In this document: positions 1 through 11,525 of the stretch, piece by piece
Layout of the letters: every line of letters begins with the position of its first letter
Position numbering within the stretch: the first letter of the stretch is position 1
From: Octopus vulgaris
Lineage: Eukaryota
DNA length: 64,000 nucleotides
Assembly: GCA_951406725.2 (NCBI GenBank)
Contig: OX597820.1
Location: 12,276,001 to 12,340,000 of the forward strand
Direction of reading: 5' to 3'
Position numbers and translations under genes: made by a program
The notes under the pieces: model-generated
Database searches by the model: none
What the model was told of the DNA's origin: nothing
What the model saw: the letters and a program-made list of their open reading frames with translations, nothing else

Positions 1-71
1 ACGTTTTTTGTAGGATGCGGTAACATTTTGTAGGATATGTGGTGTTTTGTTTTTATTGCTTAAGTATTCAA

Positions 72-111
<40 letters not shown>

Positions 112-305
112 GGTAGAATTATAAAAAGAAAGTTCTGGGTCAGTATAATATATTTGAAAAAAATGAGTAGAGATGTTTTTTTTATAGGATAATATTTACT
201 TTAATAATAAAGCTTCACCTACTGTAAACATTATTATTAAAATAAAAAATATCCCTGTAAAAGCCATATTTACTCATGTTTTCAAATACATACATACAGT
301 ATGTA

Positions 306-1049
306 CAGGATGCGGTGGATAAACTGTAGTCTAAATTACGTAAAAATGAAAATAACACTGACATTTAATTTTAACAGATATATTAACCAAAATTACATAA
401 AAATATCTTGAAATACTAATGAGTAAATATATTCAATAAAATTCCCATAAGCTTCAACTGCGGCCTCCATACGACTTCGGAATCGTCTGCAACTCCTCTG
501 GACGGTCTCTTTGCTTAAGTTGGTGAATGCTGCCATAATCATTACCTTCAGTTCATCTTTGGAGTTACAAAAAGTTATGTTGGTCTCTCGCTAAAACTGC
601 GACCCACACATAATAATCAAAGAGGGTGCAGTCTGGGGAGTTAGGTGGTCAAATGTGAGGGGTAATATGGTCGCAGATATTGTCTGACAGCTATGACTGC
701 TATCTTCTGCTTGTGTGGAATGGTGCAGAGTCCTGTTGTTAGGTATAGTGTCTTCCAGCACCCACCCTCTTGACCCAGGGCAGCACTGTCTCTTCCAGTC
801 ATTTCATGTAGGCCTCCGTGTTGAGTCTGAGGCCGTGTGAGAAGATGAATGGAAGTATAACGTCAGAGGAAGATGAATGGAGGCATAACGTCAGAGGAAG
901 ATGAATGGAGGCATAGCGTCAGAGGACTGTTTTTCTCACAGACGGTTCCCAACTAACCCTGCGATACTGTGTATTCAACAAAATGCAAAAGAATGCACCT
1001 GCGCGAAATTAGAAATATAAAATGGTGGCAAATTACCAATAGCACACTG
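306..1049 (-). mobile_element. Internally deleted Tc1/mariner transposon, maT (DD37D)-like
   Basis: Minus strand reads QQDSAPFHTSRR and (W)PPNSPDCTLFDYYVW, the catalytic motifs of maT-type transposases. Imperfect TIRs (CAGGATGCGGTGGATAAACTG at the left; the right end reads CAGTGTGCTATTGGTAATTTG on the minus strand) are flanked by TA. Homologous to 38747-39630. Confidence 0.85.
841..925. repeat. Three tandem copies of a ~28-bp unit inside the maT element
   Basis: GAAGATGAATGGARGYATARCGTCAGAG occurs three times. The second maT copy has one related unit. Confidence 0.9.
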
Positions 1050-1894
1050 TATGTGTGTGTGTGTGTGTGCTGTGTGTGTGTGTATAAGATTCAGAGATCG
1101 AGGCGTAGGAAGAAAGTTAGCTTCAAGCAATCCGTAGTAAATATAAAACACAATTTTTTATTGAGACGGAAGGTTGCGCATTTTTTCGTATCGAAATACG
1201 ATAAACTGAAAAAAAGTTCTTTTTATATTTCACGACAGGCGACCAGGGTTGCTGGGTATGCGAATAAGAATAAAAGAGTTAAGGAATGGAGTAGATAAGA
1301 CCCGGGCTACATATGTTTCATAGCGAACGGAACCTCGGAAGCGGTAAATATCCAAGCGGGATATATATCGTAGGCTACTATTTAAGTCAAGGATATCTTG
1401 ATTAACTGAAAATTTACATTGTCACAAAGAGGTACACATTAACACATGGAATATATATATATATGCACACACACACATATATGTATATATATATATATAT
1501 ACTCCAAACTCACAGACACCCACACACGCACACACACACATACACACACACACGGACACACACACAGATACACACACAGACACACAGACACACCTCCACA
1601 AAACGATCATAAAAAGTTGAAATAATTCTTAAACCCCAAAAAGCATTTGAACATTAAACACACACACTCTCTCACAATGATAAAAGGAAATAAATTTATG
1701 GCATCCCCCCCCCGCCACCACACACTCAGTGACACTGTGAAGTGGTCAAAGCTGAAATTCCTCTTTTCTTCTTTTTTTCCTAAGGCCTTAGAACCCGCTT
1801 GGAGTCAATATTCTGTCCAGCAGACCAAAAAAATTGTTTTCTTCTTCTTCCCTCTCTCTTCCCCTCTTTCTCTTTAGCACTTATCCCAGATACA

Positions 1895-1934
<40 letters not shown>

Positions 1935-2073
1935 TACATGTTCTCTCTCTCACTTTCTCCTCATCTATCATCCTCTTTTACTGTCTTATATTCCTCCCCA
2001 CCACTACAAAACTCTATAAAATGATCAAAATTCCTCAAACAGGAACTTAGTTTGATTTGAAAACCCCACTAGA

Positions 2074-2207
2074 ATGGGAGAAAGCGCTAATGATCTAAGT
2101 GATATGATATATATATAAAAAATGTAATATATAAATAAATATGGGAGAAAGCGCTAATGATCTAAGTGATATGATATATATATAAAAAATGTAATATATA
2201 AATAAAT
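2074..2207. repeat. 67-bp tandem duplication
   Basis: ATGGGAGAAAGCGCTAATGATCTAAGTGATATG...ATAAATAAAT starts at 2074 and again at 2141. Confidence 0.9.
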
Positions 2208-2479
2208 ATCTGTAAATATAAACCATCCGATCGTCTGAGTACCTCATTTCTTCTAATATATATATATATATATATATACGTGCATGTAGGTACGAATGTC
2301 TTTGTACACACAAACATCGGACATCATTTTGTGCATTCTTTTAATGATATAAAAATGAAATAAAAATGAATATTCGTCCTAGTGTGTCTGTGAACACCAA
2401 CACTAATGCTTAAGAGCAGAACTATAAGAACAAGATACAATGAGAACAAGAATGAAAACATGAATAAAAACAACGGAAA

Positions 2480-2646
2480 CAACGATGATCGCGCTGCTAG
2501 GGACCACGATGATGATGTCGATGACGATGATGAGGATGATGATGATGACGATTATGTCTATGACGACGATGATAAAGTTTACATTAACAATGCCGCTAGA
2601 GTTAATGGAGAGATAGCAGCAACGGCAGTTGTAGCTGGAGTAACAT

Positions 2647-2704
<58 letters not shown>

Positions 2705-2730
2705 CAGTAGTTGTTGTAGTAGTAGTAGTA
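2480..2730. repeat. (GAT/GAC)n and (AGT)n trinucleotide microsatellites
   Basis: Directly visible runs; they account for the poly-D and poly-S/T/L ORFs here. Confidence 0.9.
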
Positions 2731-2759
2731 AACCTAACATACACATGAAAATGATATGA

Positions 2760-3180
2760 GAACAATCCAATTCTTCCTTCCTCTTACGTCTTCTTGCGAA
2801 CATAACAAATGCCGATTTTTTTCGTCTGTGTAATTCTGGTTGCAGTGACGTTGCAAGCACCTGTTTGTTATTTTACGAAGACTTTTATTCCAGCTATCTT
2901 GAGTTCTGTGTTTGTTAGGCTTTGTCTTTCTCACAAGTTCCGTCATTTCTCTATCACACGCGCTAAAACCCCTACAGCAGATTGTTGGTTGAGCGCAATC
3001 GGGACAGTTGTTTGTTCCCCTCCTCAGTAAAATAGAGAATCGTCTTGCCAGATATTTTTCATTAGTGAAAGACATAAATATCTTTATGTATTCATTAGAT
3101 TAAGTTTTCTCCCTTTTAATGTTTCTCTTAGTCCTACAGCCCTTAGCATACACATAAACTATTTCAATCTCGTTAGGTCT
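2760..3180 (-). mobile_element. Decayed Tc1-like transposase N-terminal (HTH) fragment
   Basis: Frameshifted minus-strand peptides IVYVYAKG, ELVRK, ELKIAGIKV, RCLQRH, RRKK and MFARR follow the order of the Tc1 DNA-binding region. No TIR was identified. Confidence 0.4.
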
Positions 3181-3916
3181 CTTCTGTACAAAGCAATTAG
3201 TGTCAATTGAACACTGTATTATATTAGATTATTAACTTTGCAGAAAGTAAAGGAAGTATAAGCAAGTATGTACTTAATGTATTTCTTTACGATGAAGGCT
3301 TTATCGCGCATAGTTCATTAGTAGTGTGAGGGATGAAGAGATACACACAAGGCGAGCAAGAAGTTAGGGAGCGGGGTTAGTCGATTACATCGATGCCATT
3401 TCTTGACTAGAACCTAATTCCTTAATTAGCACTTTTAAGGCTAGAACTTTCAAGGAGTGCTGGTTATTCGCTACCACAAACACCAGTATTTGATTAGTAC
3501 TTCATATTACCGATATCAGAAGAATTAAAAGCGGAGTCGACGTCCATTTAATTTGTACTCAGAACATAAGATGCAGGAAGAAATATACACGATAATTTTT
3601 TCAACAGACAAAATTACCTGTTTGAGCAGTTCACAGATTTTCTCCTGCACTTACTGCCTTAGTCCTGCTTAATATTAAATTACATCTGGAGTCCAGGATT
3701 CCACTGTTAGGTTACCAGAGAACGTTTCGATATATGTATACATTTATTATATTCGTGTATGTATACAATATACGCACACAAAAACACATGTATGTATATA
3801 TGCATATATATATATTGTTGGAAATGGATTAGGTAGCGTTGAATAAAATTATTATATAAATAATGTATATATATATATGCATATATACATACATGTATGT
3901 TCATACATACATATAT

Positions 3917-4067
3917 ATATATATGTATATAGATATGCATATATGGGTAGAGGACGTCACAAAACGCAAACAACATGAAATACGAAAATAAAGTTGGGTA
4001 CGTATTTCATGTTGTTTACGTTTTTGACGTCCTGTACCCATATATGTATATCTATATACATATATAT
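3917..4067. repeat. Inverted repeat, ~65-bp arms with a 16-bp spacer; possibly tail-to-tail PLE terminal-repeat ends
   Basis: CATATATGGGTAGAGGACGTCACAAAACGCAAACAACATGAAATACG is the near-perfect reverse complement of CGTATTTCATGTTGTTTACGTTTTTGACGTCCTGTACCCATATATG. The PLE origin is inference only. Confidence 0.8.
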
Positions 4068-4098
4068 GTATGTACATATGTGTATGCATATATGCATA

Positions 4099-4165
<67 letters not shown>

Positions 4166-5142
4166 CATATATATACATACATATATCCTGCAGGACAAAA
4201 ATTGCTAACAATGCTATATATTTGCATAGGAGTTAAATGTATTCTCTCTATTGTTCCGCTATAAATTGGAATTCTTTTCTTTCTCTTATTATCAGGTAAC
4301 AGCAAAGGAATATCAAGTGAAAAGAAAACGAAACACAAATCACCACCACAAAGAAGTTCAATATCAGTGCAAACCAAAGCAATACCAATATAAAACGAAC
4401 CAAGCTAGATTAAAGTCAATCAAAACAAACCAGATATATTTGACAAAATTTCTGTATAAGGATACTTTACTGTTAGCGGCTTTGATGTCTTCCCTCAGTG
4501 GATATTACGGGATTTTCAGCGCTTATCCTTATATGGAAGCAGGTTAGTTCTCGATATTTTAATATCTTTGTTTAGTCGAATTTACATTTTATCTGCATTT
4601 GTTCTACAAATTCATTTTCAACATCAATATATACATAAACAAGGAATTGTGCTTATAGTTTTCTATCTGCAACTTTGTATTTGTAACATTCTGACAATTT
4701 ATTAAATGTACAATTTATATACATTTAACTATAATACGGGGAAATAATATTATAAGCAATTTGACAAATATCTACGTCATCCATTTGGAACTGTTGTCCA
4801 TTACATTTACGTAATAGGCTTTGTTGCAGAAATGAAGACGGCTTTTTTGTTGTTATTGAAATCACATTGCTTTGCTTATTAACATTATTTTCTAAAGATA
4901 ATTTTGCAATTATTAATGACACAATGATGCACAAATTCATAAGCAAATGCACGCACACGCGCACAGACACACACATATATGTACATATGTTTTATATACA
5001 CACATATATATTAAATATTGTAATAAATAATATAATATTGCATAACAGTATTATACATATATATGTATATTTTCAAAATGTAATTACATGTGAATCGTTG
5101 GAGATTTTCTTCCTCAGTCTTACACTCTATTGGTCTTTCCTT

Positions 5143-5176
5143 TTTCCGAAGAAGAGCGTCTGCTCGAAACGTTAAA
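5143..5176 (+). ncRNA. Minimal type I hammerhead-ribozyme-like motif (CCGAAGA core) in a solo PLE terminal-repeat remnant (~5090-5280)
   Basis: TTT-CCGAAGA-A-GAGC-GTCT-GCTC-GAAA-CG-TT-AAA, the same layout as the motif in the PLE 3' end at 61438-61475. Confidence 0.65.
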
Positions 5177-5296
5177 CCGTCTTTCTTTCCTCCTCTGAGC
5201 GTCTGTTAATACTTTACATGTACCCATGTATCATGTCCTCGCGTTGTTGTGTTTTTTGTGTTTGTTCTTCTTTTTGGGATTAACTCTCTCTCTCTC

Positions 5297-5346
<50 letters not shown>

Positions 5347-5385
5347 GAAAGAGAGAAAGTGGTAGGAAGAGTTTACCGACAAATT

Positions 5386-5681
5386 ACTCCGTCGGTTACG
5401 ACGACGAGGGTCACAGCTGATACGACCAACGGAACAGACAGCTTGCTCGTGAAATTAACGTGCTAGCGGCTGAGCACTCCACAGACACGTGTACCTTTAA
5501 CGCCATTCTCAGGGAGAGTCAGCGCGACACAGAGTGTGACAAAGCTAGCCCTTTGAAATACAGGTACTACTGGAGCAACGTGAAATAAAGTGTCTTGCTC
5601 AAAGACACAACGCGTCGCCGGGAATTGAACTCATGGTCTTACGATTGTGAGCCGAATGCCCTAACCACTAACCCACAAGCC
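5386..5681 (-). mobile_element. tRNA-derived SINE with a CORE-like body and the same tail as 31106-31492
   Basis: Minus strand has an A-box-like TAGTGG, a B box GAGTTCAATTCCC and CORE-like GTGTCTTTGAGCAAGACACTTTATTTCAC. The tail runs GTACCTGTATTTCAAAGGG...GTCGTAACCGACGGAGT. Confidence 0.8.
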
Positions 5682-5899
5682 ATATATGCACATGTAATCA
5701 GAGGTAAAAATTCGTCATTGAATCAGAAAACTGTCAAAATATTTCAAATGTTACTATTACCCACTCTCTCTCCTTGTATAATATGTACGTTCATATACAC
5801 ATACAAACATAAACACATATATGCATATATATACATGTATATATGTGTGTATGTATACCTTGAAGTTCCAAATAAATACTTCATTTACTATGGTTAAAA

Positions 5900-6420
5900 C
5901 TGATCCGAAGCCAGGCGGTCCTCATCCATAACAAAACAGTCTACTGCATCTCCAACATTTTCTGCCTCATGAATCACCCCCTCTACATTAACCTAACCCT
6001 GCAACGTGCTATACTGCGAGCACTGCGAATCAACAAATCCGATCCCTCTATTTCCTCTCTACCCCGTACCATCTGTAAAGGCGACTGTAAATCTACGTAA
6101 CCTACTCAACCGTAGCTCTTTTCCTTCCCATCGTATCCAGTCCAGATCACTCTTTTGACACGGATCGGTGCAAAATCTGTCTTTTCTTCTTCAACACTAT
6201 TCTACCCACAATATACAACAGTCACTCTTTCTATAAAATCGATTGATTCCCTTTCATAACTACAAATCTCGTTTACCCTTCAAAATTCTGACTCCGAAAT
6301 TTCATATACATCAAACATTCTAGACGTCTCTTGAATGAATTCACTGAACTTCCGGGAAGTATCTGGACTCGTAATGACTCCTCTGTTGCATGCCTTTCTG
6401 CTCTGTACATCTCTACATGT
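5900..6420 (+). pseudogene. Decayed Neptune-type PLE linker + GIY-YIG fragment
   Basis: Frameshifted translation LQRAILRALR..SDPS..NLRNLLNRSSFP..RCKIC..TNLVY..YIKHSRRL..FTE..NDSSVA aligns by eye to LQRTILRAFR..SDPS..NLRDLLVHSSFP..RCRTC..SNIIY..YIGQTGRRL..FAE..NDTPVS of the 62-63.5 kb ORF. Confidence 0.8.
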
Positions 6421-7145
6421 TCGGTGAAACTCTATACCATTATTTCCCAGACTCATGCATCCAATGCAAAGATACGCTCACGTTCAATCCTCAAATATTC
6501 ATGTTATCACGCACACCTTCACAGCCATACTCATATTCATCCATGTACATATATAACCATACTCACACAAACGCACTACAGACCTGTACGCATGCGTATA
6601 TATGTGTGTATGTGCGTGCGTGCGTGCTTGTGTGGGTCTGTGTGTATATATTTGCAAAGAAAAATGAGATTTAATTCATACCACGATCAAATGGTTATTA
6701 TTAATTATTTGAAACAATATAACAAATAGTATAACTTGTCTAGTATTACTTTCAGTCTTGTGACAAGCAAGACTTAGCTGTGCTCTAAGTCATAGACTTG
6801 TATCAAAGAAGACAGTTTAATACAAGCTGGCCCTTGGTGGCTTCTTTAAAGACAAACTCTGTGGGAAGTCTATTCTGTGGGAAGTCCACTCTGTTGCAAC
6901 CTTTCTGGTCAGGCTGGCTTCTCTTGAGAACAATCTTTTCTTAGTGGTAAAACCATAGGTGGTCTACTTCTAGCGTAATGGATGTCCACTTAGTGGTCAT
7001 ATCGCTTCTATGTATGTAATATAATTTTTCTGAATCTTCATGTTTTTCAATATGCCAGGCCACTGGTTTTGAATTGATATTAATCAAATTAATATTCAAT
7101 TTTTCATCCTTATTATTTTAAATAATATATATATATATATTATTT

Positions 7146-7287
<142 letters not shown>

Positions 7288-7290
7288 TGT

Positions 7291-7554
7291 GGAGGCGGTT
7301 TCGATTCCCAGACCGGGCGTTGTGAGTCTTTATTGAGCGAAAACACCTAAAGCTCAACGAGGCTCCGGCACGGGGTGGTGGCGATCCCTGCTGTACTCTT
7401 TCGCCGCAACTTTCTCCCACTCTTCCTTCTGCTGACCTGCTCGCTTAGCCAGCGGGGTGGCGTCATTTGAAGGCTAAAACAATGCGAAGCGCATTGTGAC
7501 CAGCAATGTGTAGCAACATCTGATAGCCTGGTCGGTCACGATGATCACGGTGAT
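7291..7554 (+). mobile_element. tRNA-derived SINE (OR-type head, tail type 2), head partly deleted
   Basis: B box GGTTTCGATTCCC, body TTTATTGAGCGAAAACACCTAAAGCTC, tail ...GGTCGGTCACG-TGATCACG-TGATA. Homologous to 17829-18132. Confidence 0.85.
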
Positions 7555-8588
7555 ATATATATATGTAGATGTGCTTATCTGAATGTTTGTGTCTGAATTC
7601 AATATTTCTCTTTTGCAGTATTCGAAGAAAATTGATACTTATAAAATATTTATAGCTTGTATTAAAACAGACTTTCTTAAAAATTTCAATGGATTCTTAT
7701 TTTGTTTTATTATATAATTAGACAATGCAACATTGAATAATTGTATGGAAGAAACTTCTGTGTCTCACCTATATTGTTAGATACACTTATATAATACAAC
7801 TAATACAATTTACATTAGTATTCTGACGTAAAAGATATATTTCAACCACCACCAATGTAGTTAAGAGAGAATTTGTTCTGATTTCCTGACAACGAAAACT
7901 TATTTATTACCTTAATTTGTATACGCTTTATTTTCACGTTGGTGAACATTATAGAAGAATGTCTATGGGAAAAAATTATTTTTATTTCTAGTGAGACACT
8001 AATAAAGTATCTTTAATAGGTTATAAGAGATAAGAAAAATATATATCTTACTGAATGTCATTATATTTTTATATTTAGGGTTTATCACTTTTTTATTTTC
8101 TGATTTAATATGTCATTGTTCGGTTTATGGAGAATATAACAACAATAAAATTTAGTAAATGCATGTCTTTCGTCCATTCGGAATCTATAAAATGAAGTAC
8201 CAGTCAGGTACTGAGTCGACATAAGCGACTATTCGCCTCTCCTTAAATTGCTTGCCTTATACCAAAATTTGAAAGAATTATTATTATCATTAGGTGGGTG
8301 AGGGCGAAAGAGATTGCTTAGTGGACAAGGTTGAAAGGAATGAGGACAGATACATTTTTGCTGGGTAAAGCTCTCATTGGCTTCTTCAAGTTTCACTTGA
8401 AAAGGAAATTGAAGTAGAGGAAAGTGCTGTTCTCGAGTGAGGCTTATTGAAAGGTGGGTGAAAGTTGCGGAAATGGTAACAGCGGTGGTACCTCTCTAAG
8501 TGTAGACTTGTGAGTCGGAGAGAAGGAATTGGAGAGGGTACTTCCTCCTGTGGTTTCTGGGAAATCTCGGTCAGAGGGATTGCTCGAT

Positions 8589-8719
8589 TATCAACAGAGA
8601 ACAAGCACGTTGATATCCATTGCATCCAGCTGATGCTAAAGCATCTATTTGCAGCAACCAAAACGTGAAGGACGTAACAATGGATGTTATAAGTTTCATA
8701 GAGGGGGCCTGTCATGATA
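8589..8719. repeat. 131-bp local direct duplication, copy 1
   Basis: Matches 9964-10094 with only about two substitutions. Confidence 0.9.
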
Positions 8720-8841
8720 CTTTCTTTCACTTTTTAATTTAATTTTTTATTATATCATTATATGTAAACACTCACAAATTATGTCTGTCTATGTATGTAT
8801 ATATGTGTGTGTGCATAAATATATATACATATATATCTGAA

Positions 8842-8900
<59 letters not shown>

Positions 8901-8903
<3 letters not shown>

Positions 8904-9166
8904 TGCATGCCGTCAATGTGACACATGGCTATGATGCTCCCCCACTACTTCTGCTCGTGATCAGAGATGCACATATCGTCAGCCACTAAGAGACATGCTC
9001 AACTAGTTAAGGTCATCCAACTGATAAGCAAATCTGTGATATTGAGCAGAATATTTGTTGTTAGCCCATCTTTTATACCAAGACAAAACATGTACATGAT
9101 AACACTTCCAATCTGTTAAGATCAGAAGCCACGAGAGCCACTGCCTGGTACTGTATCATGGCATTT
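8901..9166 (-). mobile_element. Internally deleted copy of the non-autonomous (TAA)n-associated element at 55994-56551
   Basis: Both ends match the 56-kb copy. About 280 bp are missing at an ACAC microhomology. Adjoined by (TTC)n(TTA)n(TAG)n. Confidence 0.85.
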
Positions 9167-9197
<31 letters not shown>

Positions 9198-9213
9198 TTA
9201 TTATTATTATTAT

Positions 9214-9251
<38 letters not shown>

Positions 9252-9253
9252 TT

Positions 9254-9568
9254 AAATTCCGCGGAGGTCGACTTTGTCTTGCATCCTTCCGGATTCGATG
9301 AATTGAGTATCAGTGAAAAACTGGGGTCGATATAATCGACTTAATCGTTTGTCTGCCCTTGTTTGTCCTCTCTGTGTTTAGCCCCTTGTGGGTAATAAAG
9401 AAATAGGTATTTCGTTTGCCGCTACATTCTGCATTCAAATTCTGATGAGGTCGACCTTGCCTTTCATCCTTTCGGGGTCGATAAATTAAGTACCAGTGAA
9501 ACACTGGGGTCGATGTAATCGACTCATCCCCTCCCACCAAATGGTTGCTCTGTGGCAAAATTTGTAAA

Positions 9569-9610
<42 letters not shown>

Positions 9611-9795
9611 CATCATCATCATTATTAAATTCCGCCGAGGTCGACTTTGCCTGTCATCCATTCGGAGTCGATAAATTAAGTACCAGTCGATAAATTAAGT
9701 ACCAGATAAATTAAGTACTGGCGTCGATCGTATTGACTATGCCTTTCCCCAAAATTTCAGGCCTTGTGCCTGTAGTTGAAAGTATTATTATTATT
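9254..9795 (+). mobile_element. Cluster of Meta-like SINE units (head-to-tail dimer plus a further copy)
   Basis: Repeated GAGGTCGACTTTGCCTTTCATCCTTTCGGGGTCGATAAATTAAGTACCAG core, a dimer junction AAAGAAATA|GGTATTTCG and an internal triplication of GATAAATTAAGTAC. Confidence 0.85.
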
Positions 9796-9963
9796 AAGGT
9801 GGCAAACTAAATGTTTAGCGGTATTTCATCCGTCCTTACGTTCTGAGTTCAAATTCAGCTACTTCTACGTTAATTTCACGAGTAAACTATTCCGTTGATC
9901 AGACCATCAGGGAAAATCATCGACGTAACCGACCAAGTTACAGTATATTAATCAGGTAGAGAA

Positions 9964-10094
9964 TATCAACATAGAACAAGCACGTTGATATCCATTGCAT
10001 CCAGCTGATGCTAAAGCATCTATGTGCAGCAACCAAAACGTGAAGGACGTAACAATGGATGTTATAAGTTTCATAGAGGGGGCCTGTCATGATA
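9964..10094. repeat. 131-bp local direct duplication, copy 2
   Basis: Matches 8589-8719. The downstream TGTGTGTGCATAAATATATATACATATATATCTGAATAT is also shared. Confidence 0.9.
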
Positions 10095-10206
10095 GAATTT
10101 TGCATGTGGGCTTATATATATGTATACACGTATATATGTACGTGTATGTATATATGTGTGTGTGCATAAATATATATACATATATATCTGAATATATATA
10201 TATATA

Positions 10207-10277
<71 letters not shown>

Positions 10278-10709
10278 CATACATACATACACTATGCATA
10301 TAAGTGTTTTAAAACAAAGCAATCTAATGCTAACTTTTATTTGCATTCTGTACGATTTTAACTTGAACCAGACATAATCAATAAGCCACTGTTACCTATT
10401 TAAAATGTTTGATAATACTCTTTATTCATGATTATAATATATTAAAATAAGAAATACGCTTTTTTTTGCTAAATTAGAGACTGTAGATATTAAATTTGTA
10501 GCTACTGATAGTAAATTAACCTAAAACGGACGTTGGATTTTGATAAAATAAATGGAAATCTTGCATTTAAGTGTGACATATTGTAGCAAATGTTATAAAA
10601 TCGGTGATAGTGTTATCAAATTGTTACATAAATGTGACAAGAAATAATACTATTTAATACAACCAAATTTTTAAGTCGCTGGTCTATAATTAATTTTGGT
10701 TTCAAATAG

Positions 10710-11055
10710 GGTGGCGAGCTGGAAGAGTAGTTAGTACGCCGGGCAAAATGTTTAACATCATTTCATCCGTTCCTAAATTCTGAGTTCAAATTCCACTGTG
10801 GTCCACTTTACTTTTCGTCCTCCGGAATTTCTGGCTTTGTGCCAAAATTTGAAATCAATATTAGTTTCCAAGTTTGGTACAAGGTCTGCAGTTTTAGGGG
10901 AAGGGGTAAGTCGATGACATCAACTCGACTGGTACTTATTTCTATCGATCTCGAAAGAGTGAAAAGCAAAGTGACCTCGACAGAATTTTATTATCTTACT
11001 GATATGAAACATTTTGCCAGGCGTGCAAACGATTCCGCCAGCTCTCCGCCTTCAT
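10710..11055. mobile_element. Two decayed Meta-like SINEs, tail to tail
   Basis: Head GGTGGCGAGCTGG...GAGTTCAAATTCC on the plus strand and the reverse head ...GCCAGCTCTCCGCC at the right end. Confidence 0.7.
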
Positions 11056-11486
11056 AAAAATTAAAATAAATATCGACACGCCCCTGACAAAATTCTCTAG
11101 TTAGTTGTTTATGAAATATCCTTAGCGGTGGAAGGAGAATATTTAATATACTTCACGTCTGTATATCTTTGCATGTATATGAGATTATACTAATTTATTG
11201 TTTTTGTTTTTGTATTCGGAACGGTATATCTTTATCATGAAGCATTATACATTGTATTTAGAAATATAACTATTAAACTTCTAGTTTTTAAACCGGTAGA
11301 GCTCTCCTGGTGTATACATAAGATGCGTGTACTTGTTCTGATGAATGAATCAATAAGATACTGCAGTGGTTGACATAAAAAGGACCTTACTACTTCACTA
11401 TTGATAACGTGTCAGGAAGGTCTAGGTAGAAGAGATATATAATTAGCTAGTAAAATAAATCATTATATTAAAAATAAAGTAAGTAG

Positions 11487-11525
<39 letters not shown>

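Noticed and set aside
2403-2765. Asp-rich/poly-Ser and poly-Thr ORFs
   Set aside because: They are translations of (GAT)n and (AGT)n microsatellites, open in several frames on both strands.
6730-7080. Non-repetitive GC-richer block with small hairpins and a 13-bp duplication (similar unexplained blocks at 11590-11970 and 14700-15000)
   Set aside because: These are probably fragments of unclassified repeats; I found no second copy, terminal signature or coding motif in the window.
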